A stretch of 64,000 nucleotides of DNA, from the NCBI GenBank assembly GCA_964234715.1, contig OZ174278.1; one strand, given 5' to 3'. The stretch is from Podarcis melisellensis. Its lineage: Eukaryota. The position numbers and the translations under genes were made by a program. This document shows positions 13,131-24,635 of the stretch, piece by piece (within the stretch, counting starts at the first letter, position 1; each line of letters opens with the position of its first letter). Under the pieces are notes generated by a model. That model ran no database searches. It saw only the letters and a list, made by a program, of their open reading frames with translations, and was not told the DNA's origin.

Positions 13131-13583
13131 TTTTTTATTCGCTTTATAACAGTTGCTTATCTCACCCTCCCAATACCCTTCTTTCCCCCTGGTTTCTTTT
13201 AAAAGACATGCATTATGCAGGGTAGTAAATGACTGGAAAAGTAGGTGCAGAAAAAACTATAAATTGTAGATGACAAACCTGAAACAGCCACAAGTGGAAT
13301 AGGAAGCAAGGTGGGAACAGGATCAGTACTGTTCGTGGATTAGCTATGAAATTGAAACAGGCATGCACTGGTGCTTTTTTTCCCTCTTACTCAGTTGTCA
13401 GGGGGGCACCTATGCATTGTAGAACACATTGCAGTGGTGCTATATCATACACTGGACAAATTGTAGCAATGCCATTGGAGTTTTAATTATCTGATTTGAA
13501 ATATGAATTTGTTGAGCTGCTAATAGCCAGATACCTCTATGCTTGTGGGCTACCCAATGACATGTGGGCATGCCACAGAGGCA

Positions 13584-14043
13584 GACCTTGCTATGGAAGG
13601 TGTCAAGTCAGTGTATTCAGGGCCAGGCAGAATTTTGCCTTCAGACAAATTGGGCCTTTCTGGGGGTTTCACCTACCTCACAGCAAGTGTCACAACTTTA
13701 TGGTGAATCCATTGGGCTGGATCTTTAATTGAACCAGACAGGGGGTGCCCCTTGCTCCTCAGGATCAAGGTATCCCTTTAATGGGATCCTGGGGGAAGTG
13801 GTTTTATCCTGATGCCCAGATGGGAGCTGACAGGCCATAGGACACCAAGTGGTGACCTTGAGGGGGTTGCCCTGATTTGATGTTCTCCATAGGGCGACCC
13901 TTAACCATGTCTAGCATCCACCAGCGATCGAGCTGGTTGATGTCAGGATACGCACCCAATGCTGATGCCAAAACCTGCTAACTTCTATAATTAATAAAAG
14001 TTGTGGCCTGCATGAAATCCCAATATGGTTGTCTTTAGTTACA
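13584..14043 (+). mobile_element. Unclassified LTR-like or DIRS-like repeat, copy A
   Basis: Shares ACCTACCTCACAGCAAGTGTCACAACTTT...CATTGGGCTGGATC and AATAAAAGTTGTGGCC with the reverse complement of 34902-35660. Confidence 0.6.
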
Positions 14044-14179
14044 ACTAATATCATGACTGCTCCATCCTATCCACAGATCCACTGTGCCTGTGCCCATAAG
14101 TAAGCTTCATTGAGTCAATAGGACTTACTTCCAGCTAAGTGTGCAGGACTTAGTTGTGATGCATGTGTGAAACATTGAT

Positions 14180-14330
14180 CCTTATAGTATTAGTCCATCT
14201 AATTTGCTATTGGCCTGACTGACTGGCAGTGACTCTCCAGAATTTGAGGCAGGAACTTTCCCTACCTGAAGACACCAGAGACTATATGTTGGACCTTCTG
14301 GATACAAAGCATTTGCTCCACCACTGCAAA
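14180..14330 (-). mobile_element. Degenerate tRNA-derived SINE
   Basis: GTCCATCTA...GACTGGCAGTGACTCTCCAG...GACCTTCTGGATACAAAGCATTTGCTCCACCACTG is the antisense of the 27163 family. Confidence 0.6.
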
Positions 14331-16388
14331 AGGAGAAACTTTGAAAATAACAACAGGCAAAACAAACTATGGCTGCGATGAGTCAGTGATACCAATTGGG
14401 TCAATTCCATTTCCCCCCCCTGCAAACACAAGGATGCTGTTTTCCTCTAAGGCACTGAAACCCTCTTGTGTTTCTGAGAGAGGCCCCAGTGGTGGTTGAA
14501 TTTCCAAGCAGCTTGCCAACATCACTGGTTCTAAAACTAAAATTCCAGGGACAGGGTAGTGACAAAATGAAAAGCATATGAGTGTGTGTGCTTCAACATT
14601 ACAAGCTGGTAGATAATCCTTAGTAAACAAATAAGCTTTGTTCAAACACATGCCTAGAAATTCATAAATATCAAACTGATTCCACAGAGCTGAAGGGAGT
14701 TCCCCCTTCAATTTTGAACTATAGTACAGTTGCTAAGAAAGCACCCTACCAATTTCCCACTTTAATACTCTTGCAGTATTGACATTGACTCTTTCCCCTT
14801 TCTTTTGCTTTGAAGAAACAGGGATCAATCAGCTAAACTAAACAGTTTCAACTGGAGAAATTTCAGTATAGACCACTCTTCCTCTTCTAATGTCAGGATT
14901 ATAACCAAATTGTTTTGTGGATACAATCATTTTCCATGGTTGCAAAGAACCTTTGGGGAAGCAATTCAGTTCTACAGTGCATCCAGCTTCCTTTCATGTG
15001 TACGGTGTATTTCGTGTGTATCACATGTGCTCTCTCTGTATGCTTTTCCTGGGGCTATGATCATGAGAAGTTTCCTTCCCTATCACATGTACTGTATGTT
15101 GAAATCTGTGATCTACTATTAATAAAAACAGGTAGTGTGCGAACTGAAAATGGGAATGGGTTTTGAAAGCACATTTTTAGAAATACAATAAATGTTTTCC
15201 TTTCATTTCCTTTCAAATGTGCTTGCATTCTCAATGTTTCATTTTTCTTCTTTTTAATGGTTAAGAAAAACTGATAACCAATTTTTTTAGATTCCCAATA
15301 GAAATAGATATACACACACCGCTACCAACAAACCCTGGTTTCATTCATCAAAACTTGCTTTTCCTTTTTTAGAAAATAGAAAGAATTTTATCAGGGTGGG
15401 AAATCTTTCATAATTTTTTATTTGGAGGAATGATTGTTTGAAAAAAGAAAACTGTTTCCATTAGAAAACTTTTGATGGACTCATGGTAGATGTGGCTCTG
15501 TAGGTAGCAATATACTTAGAATGAAGCAATACATTTAGAGGAGAGCCAGGGAGGATAATCAATCTAGAGGCTGGCTTATCAGATGAGAGTGTTGGTCTTC
15601 TGTGCATTTATGAGGGATAGACCTGCTTAGTATTTTGCTCATGATGTGTTCTCCTACCTCTGTGAACCAAAATGACTCTCCTCTGATTCTAAAGTATGCA
15701 TCTTAATTTAGTTTGCCCACAAATACCTTGTTAAACAATAGCCCAGCCTCTAGAGATCACACCAAGAGTTCAGTTTCACACCCCTGTCAATTCTCTGTAC
15801 TGTACCCAAGCAAAAGTAAGGGGTTCAGGTTACACTGGCCATAAAGTCTATTAATCTCTGAATGAATGTGTATTTTTGCAACATATTTGACTCCATCAAC
15901 AGTGTAGCATTCCATTATTTTCCTTAAGGCAAGCCATGTAAAGAGTATACATAATCATCAAAGGCTGACACTACTATAAACAACCAGAGCACAGCCAAGC
16001 CTCTGAAAGTCCAAGTATGAACGTGATGGCAATTTATTAAGACAGAAAGTAAACTTCACAAAATTATCTTCTCTCACAATGAATGTGAACACAGCGAACT
16101 ATTTACCATGTAGGAGTTCACTATGGTATGCACATGACCACTTAGTAAGCAAGATTTCTACAGCATCTTTCCGAGAATGAAGAATTATATACATAACAGG
16201 TGCAGCAATCTTTTAGTGTGAGAAAAAAATCAAATAAAGAATAAATCATAGTTTGACATAAAAGCACATAAAAATAAACAAAAAGAAAGTCCATACACAT
16301 TATCTCATTGATTCTTAGGCCTTCACCAAACTCCTCACTTTTTAAACAGATGTTGTGTATTCTATAGCTTCAGGTTTTAGGTCATATA

Positions 16389-16755
16389 AAGGTAAAGGTA
16401 AAGGTACCCCTGCCCGTACGGACCAGTCTTGACAGACTCTGGGGTTGTGCGCCCATCTCACTTAAGAGGCCAGGGGCCAGCGCTGTCCGGAGACACTTCC
16501 GGGTCACATGGCCAGTGTGACATCGCTGCTCTGGCGAGCCAGAGCTGCACACGGAAACGCCGTTTACCTTCCCGCTGGTAAGCGGTCCCTATTTATCTAC
16601 TTGCACCCGGAGGTGCTTTCGAACTGCTAGGTTGGCAGGCGCTGGGACCGAGCAGCGGGAGCGCACCCCGCCGCAGGGATTCGAACCGCCGACCTTTCGA
16701 TCGGCAAGTCCTAGGCGCTGAGGCTTTAACCAACAGCGCCACCTGTGTCCCCATA
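16389..16755 (-). mobile_element. Sauria SINE, full length, young
   Basis: (AAAGGT)n tail, antisense Pol III B-box (GGATTCGAACC) and A-box, many CpGs retained. 11-bp TSD TAGGTCATATA at 16378-16388 and 16756-16766. Confidence 0.93.
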
Positions 16756-16789
16756 TAGGTCATATAGCAAGCAGCTTTCTGTCTCAAGC

Positions 16790-17020
16790 ATTATGTCGTT
16801 GTTGACATTTGTCTGTCTTGGGAGAAAATGGAGTGCCCCTCCAGGGGTGCACTGCTGTGTTATCAGCACCAAAGTGACCTGCCTGGGGCACAGGTTTGGG
16901 CAGTGTATATGGAGGTCCTGGGCTGCCCAGATGATAGGACCCCTCCCCCTTGCCTCACTGATATGGTCCAAAGAAAAGAAGAGCAATATGTTTGGCACCA
17001 GCTTGCCTGCAGGAGTTGCT
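16790..17020 (+). mobile_element. Non-LTR retroelement fragment (RTE-like 5' region, tentative)
   Basis: GATATGGTCCAAAG...GAGCAATATGTTTGGCACCAGCTTGCCTGCAGGAGTTGC resembles a recurrent squamate interspersed repeat. The class assignment is from memory. Confidence 0.45.
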
Positions 17021-18599
17021 CTCATCTTAAAGAGGGGGGAAAACATTCTGTGTTTCAACAGAGAAAGCTAAGAAAACAAAGCAAAAAAATACAGTTGAAA
17101 GAGCAACAACACCAAACTTACACTGGCACCCTCTGTGACAGCACAGGTTGCAGACTGCACTGTGGGAAGAAGGGGAGACAAGTGAAGTAGCTAACCCAGC
17201 TTCTCCTTTGATATTCCTCACTACCACTAAGTGGATATTTTTATTCCCTGGATGCCTCCACTGAAGGACCCTTTAACCTCTGGAATTTGGCCCAGACGAC
17301 TCTGTGCTGGGCAAGGTGGTCAGATAATTAAGCATGGGGTGAAGAACAAGGCCTTAAAGATTTTTTTTCTCCAAAAACAACTTTAGCTTTTACTAAAGGC
17401 ATTTGAAAGGCAGCCACTTAAAGTTATTGCAATTTTTTATTTTTAGTTTTTAGTATTAGAAAATTCTTGAACAGTTTGAAAAGTCAACCATTAAGAACCA
17501 AATGAAAGTAAAATAGGGGACGTGGAATCATCCTGCTAAAATAAACTGGACTGTTTCCCTACCCAAGCCAGTCCTTGGCAGTTCTTCATTTCTTGGGCTG
17601 AACTTTTTACCCTTCTGTAAACTTTTGAATGTTCTGATCAGTACAAGTCTGCAAACTACCTTATAACAAAAAGTGCAAAATAAAATTCTGGAATAATTAC
17701 ATTCCTTTTCACCTTCCTTCCTGCTAGGTTTTCTTCATCAAAATCACCAAAAGATTGTTCATCTTTGTAAGAGGCAACCTTACAACCTGTGCATTTGCCT
17801 GAACCATAGTGAACTTTCTTCACACTGTCTAATTTCACCAGGAACAGAAATGCTGGTAAACAGCATCCAACATCTCCAAAAAGTCTAACCAGGTAACAAA
17901 TGGACAAACCATCAAGATAAATGGGAGACTGATAGTTCACTACGTGCCTCTGCTGCCGCTATAAAGGGGTTGGGGAGTTTTGCTTTTATTTGGACCAAAT
18001 TTTCATTTTCATTTGACAAATCCCTCCCAAACATGTGATTGTCCACACAAAACCAAGCAAGGTTTTTAAAAGTGGCTGCAGTTTTGTTCAAAATTAGGAC
18101 TAACCTGCTGTATATAGCAGTGATGTCACCACATGGGGTTATCCTCTACTGCAAGTAATTGGCTGCCACATGAGGAGGAGGCCAAAGAAATCACATGGGT
18201 AAGTGGCCTTAAGAATTTGCTGTGGGTAGGAGAACCAGATATGGGCCTGCCATTTTCTGTAGCAGTCCCAGTTCTAATGTCTATTTACACACTCTGAGAA
18301 TTGGGATCCCTCTTTGGTTTGAACAAGGCATGCTGACTGATATAAATGAGATAATGTATCCTTGTGTGTCCTCTGAAGAGAACAAGTGCTTGGGATCATC
18401 TTGGTTCCCTTTAGAATAAAGCTGTGAAATTATAGCAAATTTCGTACAGCATTAACTCTTCGAAATGGCTTCTGTGGGTGTTATTATGTGCCAATCCTTC
18501 CTAAAGAAAAGCCTAAAGACAGTCAGCCTTTGTAGTCAGCATAGGTATCAGCTAACCTAGTCCTTGTTGGTATTGTCATCATAATAATCTATTTATAGT

Positions 18600-18785
18600 C
18601 AATTTCATCCAAGGAGTTCAAGGCAGCATACCGAGGTCTTTCCCCATTTTATCTTCACAACAACTCTATCAAGTAGGTTATGTTGAGAGATGGTGACCAG
18701 CTCAAACGAGCTTCATATCTAACTGAGGATCTGAACCTGGGTCTTTCTGGTCCTAAGCTAACACTCTAACCACTAAATCACATTG
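18600..18785 (-). mobile_element. MIR/CORE-type SINE
   Basis: CCCCATTTTATCTTCACAACAACTCT...GTAGGTTA...TGAACCTGGGTCT...ACACTCTAACCACTA. Confidence 0.7.
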
Positions 18786-20779
18786 TCATTGGCCATCACC
18801 ATTTCTGCCTGGTCAGGCCATTCCTACTGTAGACTGCTGCGATTGGATGTGACTTGAAATTACAAAGTAGGCATCTGCTTTTCTATGATACTCACTTAGT
18901 TCTGCTAATGTGACCAAGTATAGTTTACAATGCAACATTTATGGGTCAGTATATTTCCACACAGGTATCTTATAGACAGCCTCCTGTGTAGCCACCACTG
19001 AAATTAATAAGAGCTGATTTTCCCACCACTTGTTCTACTGGTGGTCTTGTGTGCATGCCAAGTCTATCAATGTGGTTTTTGAAAGGAGATTGTCTGTTGG
19101 AGTGAATTTTAAGATAACATTTGGGCCTTTGGAAGCTGAAAAGCACAAGCATTTAGGTATGGCTGGAAGAAATGTCCAATTGGGCAACATGCAGTGAAAG
19201 AAAAATTGCTATGGGATTTATATGTTCACTCTGCCCACAAGGTTGAATCTGAACTGCTGCACTTTTCAGCAATCGGAGGAGCAAGTAGAAGATACCAAAA
19301 TCATACAGTGAATCATTTGAGTCTAAAAGGAGAGAGAGAGAGCATGTAAGAAATGTACTACTAATTATTATTTGTGGTGGAAATAGAAAACCACTAGAAA
19401 CTCTATAGAATGGAAGGGAAATCTGGTATAGTAAACATTGTAATATGGACAGACTATCTTTAGAAACTGTAAATTTGGGTGGGCAAAAGGTAGATCGTTA
19501 TCCACTTGTAGATATTTGGGTGATTTAAAGAAGGCCAGCAAGGATTTTTAACTCCCAACTGTTTAACCATGGCAACAAAGAGAGCTTCCAGATTACCTGT
19601 TTATTGAGCATTCATCCCGATTTGTTTGCAAGTTTAGACGTCTATCAGCTATTCAATGAGCGTTCACTCTGAATGTAGTAATCTCCTTACTTATAATGGA
19701 TGCATATATCGTCTGTAACATCAGGTTCCTATTATGCAATGTCATTAAAACCCCGTTTCAGGATATTTGTGGTGGCACATCCTGCTGCAATTTGAATTGT
19801 TGGTGGAATTTTTACATGGCCACTTTTGGACCCAATGAATCCATGCTGAAAATCATAGATAACACATTGCCAACAAAGCAGTAGTTCTGATCAGATCAGG
19901 GGTTCTGTAAGGGAGCTCCCCTAAGGTTAGCTGACTCTCAAGTCAAACTTTACTTGTGCCTTAAGGAGTCCTAAAAGCTGCAAACATACATAGGAATATC
20001 TGAGAGTGGTAGTCCAGCGGCCATTTAGCTGTTGTTCTCTTGGGGACAGCACTATCTATTGATCTCAGGGTTAAAAAAGACAAAGAGCTATATGGATGTT
20101 CCAAGGGCTTCGGTCCACTCCTAATAATAGCTCAAAGTGCTGGGTTACTTCTCAAACATCTTGAAAAAAGAGCAGCAAGCACACCACTAAATCAAACCAG
20201 AGAAGGCTTAAAATGGGTTTTGAAACAAGTCTTGTGTGGGAAACAAATGCAATGAGGTCAAGACGCCAAGAGGTACAAAGGCCAAAGGCCCACAAGGCTA
20301 TAAAACTAACTGAATTATCCAGAAATTAACACATTGGGGTCACTCGGAAGATGTGGGACTTAATGATGGAAGGTTATTAGGTAAAACCCAGGTGGTTTCT
20401 CAAAGCTGCTGTTTTGCAGTGAGCAATGGCACAATTATATGGAGCAGCTGTGTCTGTGGGAACTGCATGTTTCAGAAAGAAACAGACTTGTTTAATGGCT
20501 AGTGATGTAGTAATGAAAGGTCATTGACAAAAGATTTAAGGTCAAATTAGATGTGATGTCACATGCTTAGCATGTAACATCCTTTTTTTATATAACCCCA
20601 CTAAAGGGAGGGTACTCATAACTATTTGGGATCCCAGCAGGCTGAGAGGGAGATTTAAATCTTTCCTCCATTTCTAACATGCTGACAAATGTCTGAATCA
20701 GGTTGCTGCCTTGGAAGAAAACCCATCACTGGTACCAATGCAAATTGCACCTTCAAGTGTGCAAATTTCATCGGCGCAA

Positions 20780-21145
20780 CATATGGACCTGGCTAAATTT
20801 GACATCTTCAGGGAAGGTCCGTCCTTTCACCTTCAAAGGCACACTTGATGGGGACATGAGGAGAGGGCCTTCTCAGTGGCTGCTTTCAAACTCCCTGGAG
20901 AAGCCTACTTATTGTTCTTCCTCTAAGGAGGATAAGGCCTTCTAGTTTCAACACGCTTTTGAGAATTGTCTGCTATACTGTTTTATTGCAATTTTTTTGT
21001 AGGTTTTAAACATATTTTATATACATATAAGATTTTAATTCCATTAATGTTTAATTGTTTTTAACGATTTAATTTTTTTTCTGTTTTAAGCAATTCTTGT
21101 TTTTATATATAAGCAACCTTAATAAAGGTGGGCTATAAATAAAAA
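20780..21145 (+). mobile_element. L2 LINE 3' end
   Basis: GAGAGGGCCTTCTCAGTGGCTGC...AACTCCCT, followed by a T-rich 3' UTR ending GGGCTATAAATAAAAAT. Confidence 0.6.
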
Positions 21146-21494
21146 TATGAAGATGATGATGACCTCTCTTCGGGAACCTGCACACTCATTTGTTCCTGTT
21201 AAGCCATAGTTCTGCTTAGTGTTCTATGTGAACTGACCCATTTTCTTGTATCATGCTGGACGGAGCAGTTGGGAACCACTGTGTGACTTGGCAGCCACCT
21301 CTTACATGATTGTGCTGTTCTTCATATGCTGTTTTGTAAATTCAGCATTTGTATATACTATCATCTTTCCTACTTTTGTCAGAATTTCCTTGCAACCCTT
21401 CGCTGTGACTTAAGCAGTTAAAATACTCTGTGGATTTTCACCCACGAATCAACACAATAAAAGAAGTGACAACTTTATTAAGCATATTACATAT

Positions 21495-21690
21495 TGAACA
21501 GCCTTAAACTGAATCGGACCACTGGACCATGTACTCCTATACTATCTAGTTCAGCAAGCAGCACCTCTCCAAAGTCTCAGGCAAAAGTCTTTTTCAGCTC
21601 TGTTACAAGAAAACCTTTTAAATGGAGATGCCTAGCACCAAGTTTTGAACTGTTGCTTACGAGACAACAGCAGATGAGTCTGTGCAGTCT
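21495..21690 (-). mobile_element. Degenerate tRNA-derived SINE
   Basis: GCCTTAAACTGAATCGGACCACTGG...TCTAGTTCAG...CTCTCCAAAGTCTCAGGC, antisense to the 27163 family. Confidence 0.5.
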
Positions 21691-22727
21691 TTTATAAGCA
21701 CGTATGAGTCTCCAAATTTTAACTTGCTTGCGAACTGGCTCTTTATCCTTTTACAAATCACATAGGTTTACAGAATATTGATAGGTATGTCAGTGCCCAG
21801 CCTTCTGCTCAAGATTTTGGATGCAACCGCACACACTTCCATTGATCTTCACAGACAGTACAAGGATGTGAAACTCCAGGGCACCTAACAAAAGAACACA
21901 GCTGCTTGGCACACACGTCTCTCTGCAGGTTGGACTTCAGATACTGTATTAATCCCCAGGCCTTCTTTGGGAAATGAAAGTCCTTGACTCAGGCATGAAT
22001 GTTACTGGCAAAGTTCCCATTACTGTAAAACAGCCTACCAGTAACCACCCCACGCTCTCATGTATGCATGTCTTAGCTCACTCTCTGCATCCTCCTAAGG
22101 TCATTACGCCATAATTCAATACCTCATTTCCTTTTCAGAGTATGCACAGGTCCAAAAATAGTGCTAAAGTTTCACTTTGAGACACATCTGGACAATGCAG
22201 AACCTGAATGAGAAAAGCCAAGCAGAAACTTTTGATGATATGCCTGTGTTCCAGGTCTGTAACAGCAGCAGGGCTGTTGTCAGCCCCTGGCAACCTTGGG
22301 CAGTTGCCAGGGCCCATGCTGATGCCTGGCTGTGCCCCCTTTAACTTTTTCCAGCCTGGCACTCACAGCAGCCTGAGGCAGCTGAATCTGGCTTCTTTTT
22401 ACTTTCCTATAATGCCACCATCTTGTATCACTCAGAGGTCACATTGCCTAGGACTCCCTCAAGCCTGGATTCGTCCCTAAACAGCAGGCTAGCGTGCCGA
22501 TCTTGTCTTCAGATGTTTCACCTACCAATGAGCAGATCAAATAATAAGTGAGCACTGTAACATGCATCTACAAGTGGCAATCTTTCTGGTAGTAATGGTT
22601 TTAGGACATTGTGTGCCCATGAAAAATAAAGAAGATATAGCCTTCTCTGCCATCAAACTTGAAAGTAGAAGCCTAATAACTGACACTGCCTTCAACTGAA
22701 TGTCCAGACTCTTCCAGCTGCTCCCAT

Positions 22728-23228
22728 TAGGGGCAAAGGAAGGTGTTGTGACACCCGGGGCAGGCGTCACTATGTAGGGCGCATGTGCGGCGTTGCTACG
22801 TATGACACATGCTCCATACGTAGCAACACTGCACATGCGCTGTATAGCAGTTTGTCGCTGGCACTGCTCCAGCACCGTATGGACGGTGCCGGGATTCCTC
22901 CCGCACCACTACAACCACGAATGAAGGATCCCTGCACTGTCCATATGGCGCTGGACTGGCGCCGGCAGCAAACTGCTATACAGAGCATGTGCAGCATCGC
23001 TACGTACAGCACATGCGTGTGACGCTGCACATGCACCATACTTAGCAGTTTGCTGCTGGCACCAGGATCCTCTGCTCGCAGCTGCAGTTGTGAATGGAGG
23101 ATCCTCTGAAGGTGGCTGTGGCAGCGTGATGGTTGCGCTGCCACGAGCCCCCGCAGGGTGACTTCTTGTCATCCCTGCAGACATGGAACCTGGGGCGAAC
23201 CGCCCCCCCCCCTGTTGTGACACCACTG
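22728..23228. mobile_element. hAT non-autonomous element with nested internal palindromes
   Basis: Perfect 8-bp TSD GCTCCCAT at 22720-22727 and 23229-23236. Termini TAGGGGC.../...CACCACTG. CpG-rich, multi-hairpin interior. Confidence 0.85.
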
Positions 23229-24352
23229 GCTCCCATGACTGATCTTGGGGTGGCCAGTGGGTATGCATCCCTAGTGAAGTGCGTGAAGGCCCCTGACAAT
23301 CCTTAGTAGTCTCCCACCCAAGTGAAACAGGTTGTGCAAAACCGAATGAAGTCTCTAAATGTGATTTTCATCAATTGGCTGCTTGGCTTTAAAACCACAA
23401 GCGGGCTGCTACCAGTGACCACAATCTGCTTAACGGCTCTTTCGGGATGGGGGAGAAGGTTGAATTAATTTCCATCAGTTTTACAGTACAGACAGATTAT
23501 GGCACACAATCTTCCACCAGGTTTATATTATGTCACTTTGCTGGCTGCTCTGAAGTAAAGATTGGCGTTCTGGGTACTTGCCTCTATCTCTAGTACTAGA
23601 TCTCATAAACTGAGTAGTGGATTGAGGCTCTCTTGCAGGACCCTCCGGTAGGATTTGATAAACACTATTTTTTCAAAAAATACAGTAGGACATGACTAGT
23701 ATTTTAATAAATAACTGCTTATGAGACATTATTAGCAATCATTAGGGGGCGTGGTTAAATTTGAGAGAAATATGAAGCAACACAGATACTAATAGAAAAT
23801 GAAGCCCTGGGTCTAGATGTTCCAAATCTTGAATGCTGTAAAGTATTTGTAAAATAGAAGGCATTGCATAAAACTGATTGTGTTCTAATATGAAACACAC
23901 AGAGTTAATTTTAACTACCTTCTTTCATTTATTACATTTCAGATTGGAACATTAGGGCTTTGCTTTTATTAAAAAAAATCAATGGAGAAACCCCAAAAAT
24001 TTTTTAAATGAAAGTTGAATTAACCTGCTTTCTTTCACTATAACTAGTTGAAACACTAATGAGTAAATGCTGGCTGCACCTTTCTTCTATGGTTTTAGCT
24101 TGCATCAGTAGCCACAAGTTAAATGTGCTGAAAACTCTTTCAGTGCCACAATTTCAAACATTGGTTGTATTCTATGCTATATTAAAACCATAGACAAGAA
24201 GAAGCTAATCACTGTGGGACTGTATTATTAATACTCTGTATAACTCAGCCTTCTGTAAGCTAACTATGATAGTCAGAGAAAGGTCACAGTTAATGCTCCT
24301 AGAATTCATGGTTCTGTAGACAAGAGCTTTTACCTTGACACACCAACCCTAA

Positions 24353-24635
24353 CATTGCCTCTGAACCTAGATTACATGTCAGACAGACAGCAATTTTAGG
24401 TGAGCCCTCTTTAGCCATTTTAAATTCTTCACTTCTATGCAAATAGTGCAAACTGAACAGATGAAGCCATCTTTAGCAGTCAGTGGCCACTGCATTGCCT
24501 CTGAACCTAGATTACATGTCAGACAGACAGCAATTTTAGGTGAGCCCTCTTTAGCCATTTTAAATTTTTCACTTCTATGCAAACAGTGCAAACTGAACAG
24601 ATGAAGCCATCTTTAGCAGTCAGTGGCCACTGCAT
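24353..24635. repeat. 140-bp tandem duplication
   Basis: Units 24353-24492 and 24493-24632 differ at two positions. CAT microhomology at the junctions. Confidence 0.95.

Noticed and set aside
22537-23299. Cluster of overlapping ORFs with repeated peptides
   Set aside because: These are a by-product of the GC-rich palindromic hAT element, not genes.
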